This document shows, piece after piece, positions 41,845 to 55,734 of a stretch of DNA of 64,000 nucleotides; position 1 is the first letter of the stretch, and each line of letters begins with the position of its first letter. A program made the position numbers and the translations under genes. Source of the stretch: Eledone cirrhosa (Eukaryota). The stretch lies in NCBI GenBank assembly GCA_964016885.1, contig OZ024747.1, positions 91,078,001 to 91,142,000 of the forward strand, written 5' to 3'. The notes beneath the pieces were generated by a model. It saw only the letters and a program-made list of their open reading frames with translations, searched no databases and was not told where the DNA came from.

Positions 41845-44438
41845 GCATGCGCATATATATATTATTCACATATACAGAAAATACCATTGATACACCCCCA
41901 CCCCAATACGTTGCACACACAGATACACACATCTAACGTAGACAACATACTCAGCGACATATATACAAATAATAGATACATCAATTTTTATTTATTTAAT
42001 TAACATGTTTATTTACTAATTCAATTCATTTCATATAAATAATGTATTTATTTATTTATCCATTAATGTATTTAAATAAAAACAACCACATATCTCTACA
42101 CTCGAACGCTTAGTTTATTTTCTTGAATAAGCTTGGTATAATTTATTGACAATCTATTTACCTGTCAACACAATAACTAAAGTAGAATACTCAGTTATTT
42201 TCATCAAGTTTATGTATTTGTTTTGCAAGATTCTTGATAGGAAATCGTATGTTTGAAGAAATATTGTTATATCAGCAAAGTCAATGCACGAGGTGTGTGA
42301 TAGGCAGATTGTCTTTCTGCCGACCGCTGGCTGTTGGTCTCTGTCCTAATACATTTTTGCCCATCGCAGTATTTTACAGCAATTGGCTGTTTTAACAGTT
42401 ATTCTAGCGTTGAGTGTTTTCATTTTTATATAAATACCAGACCACCCGTGACCCGTTGGGTCACGTTCACTTGAAAATATAAAAAAAAAATTCATGCTCA
42501 CTTAAAATTAATTTTTAAATAATTAAAATATACACAGACATGTATATAATGTGAAATGAAACTGGAAAGCTCACATATATATACGTGTGTGTATGTATAT
42601 ATATATATATATATATAAATGTATGTTTGTATACATATTGTTATATTTGGGGATGGTCGTGTTTGTGTGTGTGTGTGTGTGAGAGAGAGAAAGAGAGAGA
42701 GAGAGAATTTTTGGAGAGATTGAGAGAGGAAGCCAAGAGTAAAAGCTCGAGACAAATGATTGGAATATTGAATGGTTCCATATGTTTAACAAGCACACTC
42801 CTCATTCTACTTAGTATGTTAGTATTTCCTCTAAAATACATATTTTACTGCCTCTTCGAAGTCTATTGTTATTTCAACTCCAAGAATGTAGCAAAATATT
42901 ATCGAAAGGAATAGTGTGTTTGTCAATAGATCAAAGCTAGAGTCAAAGAAGATAAAAGATTGACCAACAACACTGGTTTTGCTGAGAAAACATCAATGAA
43001 ACTATATCGGAAGACATTGATGTTTCGTATCAACATACCAAATCCTTCAAATCTTAGTTCTAGGAACTCAACAGGGAACAAACGGGAAAAATGTAGCGAA
43101 TGACCGGTGTTTAGGAGAATATAATTTTTCCTGGAATTGAATCCGAAAATAAAATAAAATATGTTTTTTTTTTTGTATTGTTTCTTTTGTCCTAATATTT
43201 CGGGATTTGAAATTCCCTTCCTTGGAGAATAAAAAATTTCTGAGAAAATGGTTTGGTATCTTCTCTTTCGAATTAAATTTCATTCCAAAGAGAAGAATCC
43301 GGAACATTTTTCTCTGAGAGTTCCTTATACTCTGAAGAAGGGAATTTTAAGTCCCGAAATATTAGAACGAAAGAATAAACTTTATATTACATTTTAGCTG
43401 TAACTATTTAACAGTAACAATTATAATTTACACCTAAGTGAGATTAACATAATTAGTGTAGAGATAAAAAAACTCATAAAGTTAAATTTACAGCCATTAC
43501 GAGAAGAAGAATCATAAGCGTTAATAATATTTCTTACAAGCAAAAATTAAAAACAAACCGGCACAAAAAGTAGATCTGGTGTTTGGTATGCAGAAAGAAA
43601 CCCCGGACGTGTTTCAGCCCTCATTAGCGAAGAGTCTTACTCATAGTTATGCAATCTTTAACTTTGAGAATAATTTTTCGTATAACATTTACTGAAGAAG
43701 CATTCACAGATTAAACCTATGTAAAATATAATATAGTTTGCACAGATAATTATATTATGATATATCAAGTTATATATTTGTTTAATAAACTCTCAATGAC
43801 ATAGAATCACTTATTAACAGTTGGTGATATTTACACTCGATTTTTTTCTTTGCAGTAATTGAAATGTCGAAGTTATGGAAAATATGAAATTATTTTCAAA
43901 AAATTGTCACATATACCATTTACAAATTTAATTATTAAAAAAAGTATCTTTGATACTATGTTATAGTTAGAAGAAAAGTTTGATTTTTTTTCCCTCTAGG
44001 GCATATGAAAAACTCAATATATATACTGTTTTAGGCTAAATATTCCCCCAGGAGTTCTTATTTCGGAAATATTTCTTTTTCAAAAAAATTACAGCCGTAC
44101 TTCAAGATATGAAATGATTTTGAGAGTAGACCCTAATATTAGTTTCAAATTGAATTCATGTAATCATGTTATAGTTGTATCTACTATAAAGCTCTTCGCG
44201 GATTTGTTTCCTCAATGAAACTATGACAGATCAACCAAATGAGTGCCAGTTCGAAATATGTCAATGAAAGATGAAGTATCGTTAATGCTTTGTTTGAATT
44301 AGTTGAAGATATATATTTATTATGATACGACCAAGCGTAAGGTTCCAAAGGCAATAAAAATAAAACAATCTTGTTTTTCAATAAAACTTGTTATGTAGAA
44401 GTAACTATTTCCAGTTGAACATGGAAGTGCTATTACTC

Positions 44439-44633
44439 TAGACCTGCTAACCTCTAAACACCTAAACGGAGACTACCGTGAAAAAAAGTGCCCCAGATCG
44501 GGGAGAAATGAGGCACAATGGGGAGATTTTACATAATGAAAGCTATACCCATTTTCACAAGGGAAGTCATCGCTCACTCACCCCAAAGTACGTGGGAGAT
44601 CTCCCCGTCGTACGGGGAGCGTTGACAGGTTTG
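44439..44633. mobile_element. MITE, same family as 31040, with perfect 6-bp TSD
   Basis: ttactc|TAGACCTGCTAAC ... GTTGACAGGTTTG|ttactc. Confidence 0.7.
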
Positions 44634-45608
44634 TTACTCTATTAATCTGTTACGTGTTCCAGCCGACAGACTGAGGCCATGCTGGGGCACCGCCATTATT
44701 ATGTTATTTCACTTCACTTGAACCCGCAACTCCTGATGAAATCGCAGGGGTGGCATCCAAATCTGGGAAAGTCCATTCTTCTCCAGATTTAAACACAGCT
44801 GATTTCTTCCCGAGAATAATGGAGAGAGCTAGAGAGAGAGAATGAAAAAAAGATATAGAATATTCGAATCCTGTACTTGATTGGTACTTTATTTATCAAA
44901 AGGATGAACAGCAAAGCTTACCACGGTGGGATTGAACTCAAAGTACAAAAACCTGGAACATTTACTCGTCTTACACCCAAGCAGAAAATCTATTCTTAAT
45001 GCATCTGTTTATATTGATAAAATGAATTATAACATATTGAGAAGTGCATAAAACATAATTAGACAATCTATGCTAAAATATACCATGAAAATCTCAGAGA
45101 CTTCAGTTAAATTACCATATCTCTTCGACAATTTGTGTCTTGCGAGACGATTTTAATCAAAATTAATGATTTCTAAATAATGCTTTATTTCTAAAGGTAA
45201 AAGAAAAAAAATACTAACAAATTATGTTTTCTGAAAATGGCTGTCGATTATTTCTATTCCAATAAATAATCGGTATATCACAGATATATCAATAGGAGAA
45301 TCAAACCAAATCAACGGCATCCATTACAAAGTCAACTGTTAGACATTTTCCACTGGAAATATTCAAATGTTTCAAACATGACAAACTTCGCGGGAATAGT
45401 TGATGCTTGTTCTGGATAAGATAATGGCTACAGGTGTAGTTTATGTTGTTTATCGTGATCGAGCTGAGCCATGATTATGTCAACATTATCTAGTTTATCC
45501 TTTATTTAAGATATTTTATAAATATTTGACTGGAAATTATTGATACAAAAACTGTTCTTCAGATTAAAATAAATAGGTTACTCCTACTACAACTACAACA
45601 ACAGCAAT

Positions 45609-45666
<58 letters not shown>

Positions 45667-45729
45667 GCTGCTGCTGCTACTGCTGCTGCTGCTGCTGCTG
45701 CTACTACTACTACTACTACTAATAATAAT

Positions 45730-45910
45730 AATTGTTTCTACTGTTGGCACAAAGCCAGCAATTAATCCAGTGTATTACTGGTACTTTATTTTATCGACCC
45801 CGTAAGGAAGAAAGGCAAAGTTAACCTCGGCAGGATTTGAACTCAGACCATAAAGAGCCGTAACTCTTTGCTGCAAAGCATGGCGTCCGATCTTCTACTG
45901 ATACTGCCAA
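45730..45910 (-). mobile_element. SINE, short form, next to (CTA)n/(CTG)n
   Basis: Family consensus. Confidence 0.85.
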
Positions 45911-46076
45911 TAAATAATATTGAGGGCAAATCACGTCATACCCATGGACAAAAGGCTGTGTGAGGCTTTCTACTCTGGGGTTTCACCCGTTTGTCACAGG
46001 GTCATCAGACAAGAGTATTTAAACTCTACTTCAGTATTGAATTCTCTTTTCTCTCGGCCGTCAACACTACATACTG

Positions 46077-46162
<86 letters not shown>

Positions 46163-46252
46163 CATATCACTCGAAGGAAATTATCAGGAAAGCCCTGATG
46201 ATTTTCTACGAATGAAACAGTTCTAATCCTGTAGAAGCCACTCCTATATCAA

Positions 46253-46353
<101 letters not shown>

Positions 46354-47164
46354 GTCTCTCCCTCATATCAGTGGCGAAACGCGCGTCGCCAACCAATAAA
46401 CATAATGAAGAAGTAACCACTCGTCCTTGTTTTATTTTACTATAATACACTGAGTCTAGCTCTACACCTCGACACAGAAGTGAACCTAAACATCGAGTGC
46501 TCACTCGGGTGAACCTACAGTAACTCCAAGTTATATTCCCTATATATATATGTCGGCGACCATATATATATATATATATATGGTCGCCGACATGTCGCTT
46601 TCTTCCATATTGTAGATAAGACCCATAAATGCTTCAGCAGAAATGAAAATATATTGTAAAATAGTAAAATAGTAAAATAGTATTGAATGCATGAGTAACC
46701 AAGAGATACTTGATCAAACTGAGAAAATTACAGCAATCGTAACTTTTCTCATTGAACAAATCAATATCCCACAATGCCTTTGCGGTGGCAGTGTTATTAT
46801 CAACATTAACGAGAGTTGATTGATCAAGTGAGAAAATTCATTATATTGACAGCAAAATAAGAATGGTTCTGACAACCAATGCCAATTTACCAGTCAACAT
46901 TTATAGACTTTATTATGAAGGTTAAATAAGGTGTAGGAGACCTTGAATCAGTCCAGACAGTCTTTATATGTTTTATGGTGACGTTTAGACGGAATCTTAT
47001 GAGAAACTAATAAAGAAATGAATGTATCAGTTAACCGTGCCGTATCATGCAAATTAGTAGGAGAGAAGAGATATTAATATAGTTAGATTATATATATGGA
47101 AATGATCAGATGTGAACATCGAACACTACTGTGTCGTTTGAGGTCTGGAAATATATAACTAGGC

Positions 47165-47168
47165 ATGT

Positions 47169-47202
<34 letters not shown>

Positions 47203-48225
47203 TCCTCATTAACAACAACATCTATAATAACAACAACAAAAACAACTACATCAAAAACAACAACTATAACAACAACAACAACAATAACAATAACAACAAC
47301 AACAACAACAACAAGAACAAGAACAAGAACAAGAACAATAACAACAACAATAACAACAAAAACAACAACAACAACAACTACATCAAAAACAACAGCTATA
47401 ACAACAAAAACAACAACAACAACATCAACAAGAACAAGAACAACTACCTCAACAACAACTATAACAACAAAAACAAAAACAGCAACCACAACAATCTCCA
47501 CCACCACCACCACCAGCAACAGCAACAACAACAACAAAATCAGAATCTCCACACCACCACCACCAACAACAACAAAAACAACACCAACAACAACAAACTT
47601 CACCACACCGCCGCCACCACCACCAACAACAACAATCTCCAACCATCCCACCACCACCAACAACAACAACAATCTCCACCCCTACCGACACCAACAACAA
47701 CAATCTCCACCGATACCAACACCACCAACACCACCACCACCGTCACCATCACCACCACCACTACCACCCGCAACACCACCACCACCTCCACCAACACCAC
47801 CACCACCACCACAACCACCACCACCTCCACCGACACCACCACCGACACCACCACCACCACCACCACCACCACCACCACCACCACCTCTACCACCTCCACC
47901 GACACCAACAGCACCAACACCACCACCGCCACCGCGACCACCACCTCCACCGACACCAACACCACAAACAACACCAACAATCTCCACCACCGCCACCATC
48001 ACCACCGCCCTACCACCATCGACACCACCACCACCACCGCCACCACCACCATCACCACCGCCACCACCACCATCACCACCGCCACCACCACCATCACCAC
48101 CACCATCACCACCGCCACCACCACCATTACCACCACCATCACCACCGCCACCACCACCATCACCACCACCATCACCACCGCCACCACCGACACTACCACC
48201 ACCAACAACAACAACTATAATAACT
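47165..48225. repeat. (ACA)n to (CCA)n low-complexity tract
   Basis: Direct inspection. It is open in several frames on both strands. Confidence 0.9.
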
Positions 48226-48569
48226 AGGTACTGATCCTAATTTGGATAAATGATATCCACAACGCTAAAGTCATGAACATTTTATGAGAAAATGATCGGT
48301 AAACAACGAGACACACAGTTGTTGTTGTTTAACCCTAGGTCAAACTCGATCTAGTAGACATACGACCAAGCATTTTCTGGCGGCAGTTTCTGTAAGTCTA
48401 CGTTATTCAGTTTCTCCTTCATTTTTTTTTAAGATGAGCAGATAAAGTTAAGGGATATTACCAGATGTTGATGGCCAGGAATGCAACATACATAGGTAGT
48501 ACCTGTAGCAAAGAATGTAGATGAGTTAGTGGTCTAAATAGTGATATTAAAGGGTATAACGGTCCTTAA

Positions 48570-48899
48570 CCCTTTAGCATTTAAACCGGCTGTAATCGGC
48601 CAGAATTCTCTCGGCTCTTTCTGTTTAAACTGTCTGTAACTGGCCACTCATACTGACATTAAGGTATTGTTCTCAAAATAAATAATATCAAAATCTCTTA
48701 GATTCAATATTATGGGGGATAATTATGTGAGGTAAAGCCTTTACGGTGAAAATATAATTGTTTCTACTATTTGACACAAGGCCAGCAATTACTCCAGTGC
48801 ATTACTGGTACTTTATTTTATCGACCCCCCCCCCCCTAAGGATGAAAGGCAAAGTTAACCTCGGCGGGATTTGAACTCAGACCGCAAAATGCTAAAGGG
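48570..48899. mobile_element. piggyBac-type MITE with nested SINE fragment (48756-48885)
   Basis: TTAA|CCCTTTAGCATTT ... AAATGCTAAAGGG|TTAA. Confidence 0.75.
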
Positions 48900-49153
48900 T
48901 TAACAGGCCAATGATCTTCTGCCGTGAGTGTTGCTCACCCGCGAACTCTGTGCAAAACGCCGTAAGTTATTTACATGTCCGAAAACCCCTATTCCTTCAC
49001 AAAACCTACTGATTTCGTTTGATAGCCATACGCGATCATGTATTGGCTACTATCATGTATGTATATATATTTGAATGTATGTATGTATGTATGTATGTAT
49101 GTATGTATGTATGTATGTATGTATGTATGTATGTATGTATGTATGTATGTATG

Positions 49154-49552
49154 TTCTTCTGGTTTTATAATTTCATAATTTTTTACCAATAGAGAGAGAG
49201 TTTGTTTCTAAAATAGATTCAAGACTCTCTCATTAGAATTTACACAACATCAACTAGGTAGATATGTATGCATGTCTGCATATGTGTGCAGGTATGAATG
49301 TTATTGTATGTATGCATGTTTATGTTTTGAGTTATATGTGTGCATGTGTATATGTTTTGTATCCGTACATGTGTATATATGCAGTTATTAGATGCAGAAT
49401 TTTTGGAATGTTTTACATACTTTTACTGTTCCATTAATGGATTGTACTTGTAATATCCTAACTAGTCGTGATCTTTCTATTTCTATGAAGCTCAGCTTCT
49501 CAAAATTTGTACTGAGGCAGTTACTAACATATCCCAGTGACCCAATTACAGG
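49154..49552 (-). mobile_element. RLE-type non-LTR retrotransposon 3' end (distal half), ending in (CATA)n
   Basis: Minus frame 49552-49388: PVIGSLGYVSNCLSTNFEKLSF..LQVQSINGTVKVCKTFQKFCI*. It continues the RLE frame at 54346-54537. Confidence 0.8.
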
Positions 49553-50137
49553 CAGTGGCGGACTGGACAGGTTGCCAGGTTGCCCAATGGCAAGTGGGCC
49601 CCAGGCCGCCTACGGTAACATTGCAAGTGCCCACGGTAGCCTTGCAGGGCCCACTGTAGTATTTTAGGGGCCAATGCTTTGCTTTAAAAAAATACCTGAA
49701 ATCTAAGAGAAAGAATAAAAAGTAAATAAAAAGTAATTAAAACAATTAAGCAAAGCATTTGGTCAACCAATTCCCCAGGGAATTACAAGAAACCAAAATA
49801 TACGATAGTGCAAATAGCTGGAATCAGTGGTTGTAAATTCTACTAAATCTAAAGTCTAGTGTATTCATTCATGCATGCAAACATACATATATAGAGACAG
49901 ACACATATTAATATCCAATTGAGTTCTTAAACACGTGGTTAAAATACCTAACAGGCTTCAATGACCAGCGTGTATATTATTTTATATTTTACGATGACCT
50001 CCCCTTTCCCTTTTGGGGACAGTATGAATTTTCTTTTTGAAGGACTACTGGCTTTTCAAATTTAGCTGTCCTTCTAGCACTGACGGAGACCATCACTAAT
50101 TATCAATATCGATGTAGTTTTTTATATCGATATTGCA

Positions 50138-50266
50138 TGGGCATCCACTGATGAGTTATAAGGGCCCGCTTCTGTGTATATCTATGGATTATATACAAGT
50201 TTCTACATAACCTGGACATTATTTATCCCAACTTGTAGAAATCTTATAACGAAACGATCGTATGGA
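50138..50266 (+). ncRNA. Hammerhead ribozyme with expanded stem II
   Basis: TCCA-CTGATGA-GTTATAAG-(80 nt)-CTTATAAC-GAAA-C-gatc-G-TA-TGGA. Confidence 0.88.
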
Positions 50267-50574
50267 AGAAAAGAGAGATTTATTTAATTATGTCTCATAT
50301 AAAATAATACAACCAACTTTCTACGGAATACTGTGTAGTTAGCACTCCAAACACTAAATTGGGATTAAACGATATGATTAATGTTAGATTAAGGGTTCTA
50401 TATAAATATATAAACATATAGACTGTTAATATGATTTCTTGATGAATATGCATATCATTTGATTGTGTAAGTACATTTAATTTGGTCGGGAATTTTGTAT
50501 TTTTTAAAATATATAGCTTATATGGTTAACAGTTACAAGGAACCGTAAACCATTCATGTATTTATTCATTTGGA

Positions 50575-51600
50575 GTATGTTGATTTTAAGATTCAAGATG
50601 TTTGATTTATATATTTATATATATTATAGTATATGTGTCGCACACGATCCTAGTCGACAAACCTTTTCCACTTAACTTGATGTAAAACCTCATTATAACA
50701 TTATTAACATTATTATAACATTATTAACAATAATTGTATTTATTATTTAATATATGTATATGGATCACTAATATATCGTCTTGAGTTCCGAACAGAATAC
50801 TCTGTATGTATTTAGACAAATGTGTATAGTTTAATAACATACTTCTAGCTACATTTATAAGTGCCATCCTAGTGTTATAATTGTTAAATATTTTCTAAAT
50901 TATATAACGATTATTATTTTTTAATATAATTAAATTCGGGTTACCTTCGGGTTACCTTCGGGTCGATGAAAAGCTTAAGTCTTCTCTTTCTCATGTTTTC
51001 AGACACTTTAAATATGATATTATACTATAATATAGATCCTTAAAATTTTTCTTGTATTTTTAAATCATATAGCCTAGATATTTGGCACTTATAGGATCGC
51101 AAACCATTTATTTATTTATTTTGAATCTGGTTCTTATCTTTTGATTCATGAAGTTTGATTTGTATATTTATGGTATATATGTATTACATGATCCTAATAT
51201 AATAATTGATGTAAAACCTTAATTTTAACAATATTAACAGTAACTTATTTATTATATTATATTATATATAACTGACTAATATCGTCTTGAACTTTAGACA
51301 ATATACTCTTTGTATAAATTTAGACAAATGCGTATATCTAGTTTAATAATACCCTTTTTAAGTATAATTATAAGACCTTTGGATACTTTAGGGCGTTCTA
51401 ATTGTTAATTTAAAATTTTAAAAGTTATAACTGTAATTACTTTCTAAATTATATAATGATTATTATTTTTTAATATAAAATCTCTTTAATATAAAACATC
51501 TTTTTAATATAATTTAATATGGATTACCTTCGAGATTCTGAAAATATTAAGTCTCTTCTTTCTCATGTTTGCAAATACTTTAAATATGATATTATAAATT
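50575..51600. repeat. Degenerate AT-rich tandem duplication with a period of about 550-590 bp
   Basis: Shared blocks TTGATGTAAAACCT, ATATCGTCTTGA, TTTAGACAAATG, TTCTAAATTATATAA and CTTTCTCATGTTT in both halves. Confidence 0.7.
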
Positions 51601-52661
51601 AAATATGATAGTATACTTTAATATAAATACTTATAAATTTGTTTAGCCTGAAATATTATACCTTTAGATTAATTCATTATTCTGAACTAACATAAATTAT
51701 TCGAAATTTAACGGTCATCCGGATACGTTTGGATATATATAATTGATTAATAGTATATTTCTAATTAACTTAAGGACTCGAAATTAAACCCTCATATAAT
51801 TACACCCAGATATATTTAATATTTAGATTGATTGATTATTTCTAGATAATTCAAAGATTCGAAATTACTCTTGCGCAAATGTATATTTATGTATTTATAT
51901 ATATATATATTTTTGCATCATCTAATTATACGCTATTTATCCACGACAATACAAATCTCCCTCCCTATGCTTTATACTATAAAAATTATTCCTCCTTGTC
52001 TCTCTATCCTTGATCAATTCTCTTTTGCTTTCTATACTTCTAGTAACTATCTTTTTCCTCATCTGTTTCTCTCTATCTTTCTCCTTTCTTCAATAATTTA
52101 AATTATTTGAATCTCTAACAGTTATGTAAATTGCTATTATGTATTTTTAAGCTTTCTCACATGCACCCTCTGTATTATATGTAATTTGTTCATGTCTCAA
52201 TCTTAAGGTATATAAATATTGAGTTTTGTCATATCTTATTCACTACCATGACTGAATCTTAACCATCTACTAAGTCAGGGTATGTCATGCATCATCTTAT
52301 TTTATCTGATGAGGACGTACTGTTGAAGATTCATACTTATAAACCTACTTTCAATATTTTGAATTAATATATATATATATAGAGAGAGAGAGATAGGTAG
52401 ATAGATATAGGTACACGCACACACACATATATATTGAATGAGTGTTAAAGACCAAAGGTCATTATTGAAAGTCTCTGGATTTCACAAAATACATATTTTT
52501 TTATTGGAGAAGGTAAGATATCTTTCAGCAAAGATTTGATTTGTTTCCACTTATGTATTTTTGGAAAATGTTATTTATTTATTTAAAAAATTAAATGATA
52601 GCATTCTATATGTAGGTGGGTCCCCTTCCACTGGCACCCAATACTTTTAGACCTAGTCCGC

Positions 52662-52695
<34 letters not shown>

Positions 52696-53088
52696 CCATT
52701 TGCCCTTTATAGCATAACTTTCTGCATTTACTGCGGTTATGAGAAGCGGTTCTTATTCGGGTACAACTTCTGATTTAGCCTAAGAAAATATCTATATGCG
52801 TGTGTAATTTATACAAGCATATATTTATTTTTTTAATTTTCAATTGAGTTCTTAAACACGTTGGATTGATAATGTTTTCAAAAAAACTAATTTTCCCGCG
52901 TGTATATTATTATTTTTTTCCTCATTTCGTGGGTTGTCTCCCCTTCCCGCTTCGTGTCGCTATGATACTTCCTCAGTCAAAAACTGCTGGAATTTCAAAT
53001 TTAGCGGTCATTCGAGGTGAGAGAGACCAACTTTACGGACATGATTTTTGACAGCGGTAAGAAATTGTTTTCTTATATCAATGTTTAA

Positions 53089-53219
53089 TGGGCTTCCACT
53101 GACGATTTATAAGTGCCCACCTAAATATATTCTTACATGAATATATATTAGGCTTCTACATAAACAGGAAACATTCTCCCAAACTTGTAGAAAACTTATA
53201 ATGAAACAATTGTTTGGAA
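53089..53219 (+). ncRNA. Hammerhead ribozyme with expanded stem II
   Basis: TTCCA-CTGACGA-TTTATAAG...CTTATAAT-GAAA-C-aatt-G-TT-TGGAA. Confidence 0.78.
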
Positions 53220-53789
53220 AGAGAGATATACTTTAACTTTAATTATATCTCCTAAAATAATACAACTGGTTTTTCCACATTATACATATTGTTAGCACCC
53301 CAAACACTTAAATTGGGTTTATATTTTAATATAACCTAATGTTTGTTGAGTGAGATGGTTACAAGTCAGAGTTTAGCTTTAAACTATCTCTGTTATTGTA
53401 TTAATTATATATATATATATATCATTGGAAGTTTGAATCTAACTGACATGCAAAAACACATATATAGGAATAAGGTAGGGCCAAATTATAGTAGATTCAA
53501 ATATCACTGAGAGAGAGAGAGAGTGAGAGGGGGTGGGAGGATAGGGCGGAGGGCGGAGGGCGAGAAATGAGGTGCAACAGAAATGAAACATGGATTACAG
53601 GTTAAAATATAGTCTAGATAGATGAGAAACAAAACGGGGATGTAGTTATGGAACACCCAAATGATTTAGAAGTCGACCTTAAGTAGGAGCAATAACATTA
53701 AGAAAGACATGGACGACGCCGCAACACTTTGTTTTAAAAATATTAAAAGTAGGTTTATATGTATGAATTTTCATAAAATTTTTGTAGTT

Positions 53790-53879
53790 GTCTCTCTGGC
53801 CTACCGGTAGGTACTTGAGTCGGTGGAGATCCTGGCCGCGGGTTCAATTCTGGTCAAGAGGTACATGAAACCTTTTTTT
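53790..53879 (+). other. tRNA-like Pol III unit (A box, B box, T7), left arm of an inverted repeat
   Basis: GTCTCTC-TGGCCTACCGG ... GGTTCAATTCT ... TTTTTTT. Confidence 0.45.
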
Positions 53880-53903
53880 CAGTTTTTATTTTACAACCCA
53901 TTG

Positions 53904-54006
53904 AAAAAAACTGAAAAGGCTTACTGAGAACCCTACTCCGGCCCATGATCGAACTACAGACCAGGATCACCACCGTCTATGATTCCTCTAACTAGGCTAC
54001 CGAGAC
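53904..54006 (-). other. tRNA-like Pol III unit, right arm, convergent with the previous one
   Basis: Minus strand GTCTCGG-TAGCCTAGTTAG ... AGTTCGATCAT ... TTTTCAGTTTTTTT. Confidence 0.4.
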
Positions 54007-54345
54007 ATCTACAAACGTATATTGAAAATTGATAATTATAAACCTACTTTCAAAATCAAAGTTAAATAGATGTGGTGGCGTTCATGGCTTTTCTAGAGTT
54101 ATTAGTCATATTTAGGGTCGACTTCTGGTCATTATTAAAAGTTTCTGGGTTTCGCAAAATACATATTTTTTTATTGGAGAAGGTAAGATATTTTTCCGCA
54201 AAAATTTGATTGCACTGTTTTGTTTCCACTTATGTATTTTTTGAAAATGTTATTTATTCATTATAAAAATTAGATGATAGCATTCTATATGTAGGTGGGC
54301 CCCCTTCAACTGGCAACCAATATTTTTAGACCCAGTCCGCCAATG

Positions 54346-54537
54346 ATCACAGGTATAAATCTGAAGGTATAGTCAGGGTGGAATATCTGCAGATTCCTCA
54401 TTAGTTCTTCATATATATTCACCTTTTCACTAATCTTTGATATTATATTGGCATCTGTTGGGCAGCAAACTTCCACTACTGTGCATGCCTTCTTTTCCCT
54501 GTCCCATATCCTTATATCTGGTCTGTTATGTTTGCAG
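54346..54537 (-). mobile_element. RLE-type LINE endonuclease fragment (proximal half), 5'-truncated in (CATA)n
   Basis: CKHNRPDIRIWDREKKACTVVEVCCP..ISEKVNIYEEL..FRFIPVI, a PD-(D/E)xK RLE signature. Confidence 0.82.
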
Positions 54538-54729
54538 TATGTATGTATTATGCCTGTATGTATGTTTGTATGTATGTACGTATGCATATATATAAGTATG
54601 TAGGTATGTTTAAAAGTATGCATGTATGTATATCATTATATCTGGTCTGTTATGTTTGCAGTATGTATGTATGTATGTATTTATGTATGTATGTATGTAT
54701 GTATGTATGTATGTATGTATGTATGTATG

Positions 54730-54761
<32 letters not shown>

Positions 54762-54884
54762 GGGCGGAACAACTGATACGAGTCAACGGCCATCCAAAAA
54801 TGTGTAAATATGTATATATACACATGTACATATGTATGTATATGTATATGTGTATATATATGGGTGCATATGTGTGTATATGCG

Positions 54885-55220
54885 CGGGGACATAGAAATA
54901 GTCGGGCAGGACACCCGATCGTGCGGTTAAACCACTGGGAGTGAAGGACCCCTAACCTTTGTCAGGGAATTCTTCTAGGAGAAGGCAACTCAGGAAACTG
55001 GGAGAACTCCGTTAAAGAACCTGCGGCTGAGTAGTTAACGATGATGTTGATCTTTTCTTCTTTTCGGGTTATAGCTACTGTGGGATTGGCTCAGTGCACA
55101 GTCTTTCCTCACTTTAAAAAATATCATCACGCACAGGCATTGCACGATAGATTTAATTAATAATTATTAATAATGGTATATCATGCAATGGCCATACTCG
55201 ATAACGAGGGGGTAGCCATC
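54885..55220 (+). mobile_element. Diverged relative of the RTE-derived non-autonomous element
   Basis: Shares CCTTTGTCA, CTAGGAGAAGG, ATGATGTTGA, GTGGGA.TGGCT and the terminal GGCCATACTCGATAACGAG..AGCCA. Confidence 0.6.
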
Positions 55221-55465
55221 ATATATGTATGTATCCATGTATGTATAAACACAGACATGTTTAAAAGCCTAAGGGAAACAGGAATTAAAACCGTTAGATT
55301 TCTCTAAAATGACGAATGTATTCTTGCTTTTGACAACGCATTTACTTATGCTACGTAACAGCTATCTATATATATTTGTAAACGATGATATATATACACA
55401 CATATAAGTATCAACGACATATATACATGTGTATATATATATATGTGTGTATATATATAAATATG

Positions 55466-55597
<132 letters not shown>

Positions 55598-55696
55598 GTA
55601 AATATATATATATATATATTATATATGTGTGTGTGCGTGTGTGTGCGTGTGTGTAAGTATGCATAGGCGAGAGAGAAATATAATTATAATTTTATA

Positions 55697-55731
<35 letters not shown>

Positions 55732-55734
55732 ATA

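Larger units (their letters stand above)
49553..54345. mobile_element. hAT-like non-autonomous DNA transposon with nested insertions
   Basis: attacagg|CAGTGGCGGACTGG ... CCAGTCCGCCAATG|atcacagg: TIR matches 13/14 and the 8-bp TSD matches 7/8. It splits a LINE reading frame. Confidence 0.8.

Noticed and set aside
44733-44785. CTGATGA..GAAA spacing (also CTGAGGA at 8206 and CTGATGA at 31333)
   Set aside because: No compatible stems I-III, so these are treated as chance matches.
46195-46236. CTGATGA..GAAACAG..CTGTA hammerhead core
   Set aside because: Core and stem III are present but stem I does not pair because the 5' strand is replaced by an inversion. It was not counted as complete.
47131-48234. 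367-aa Thr/Pro-rich mucin- or extensin-like ORF
   Set aside because: It is almost pure ACA/CCA repeat, open in several frames, with no unique domain or evident exon context.
54306-54345. IGGLG in the ORF track as the RLE PVIIGxLG motif
   Set aside because: These codons come from the hAT TIR. The true continuation (IGSLGYV) lies at 49552-49388.
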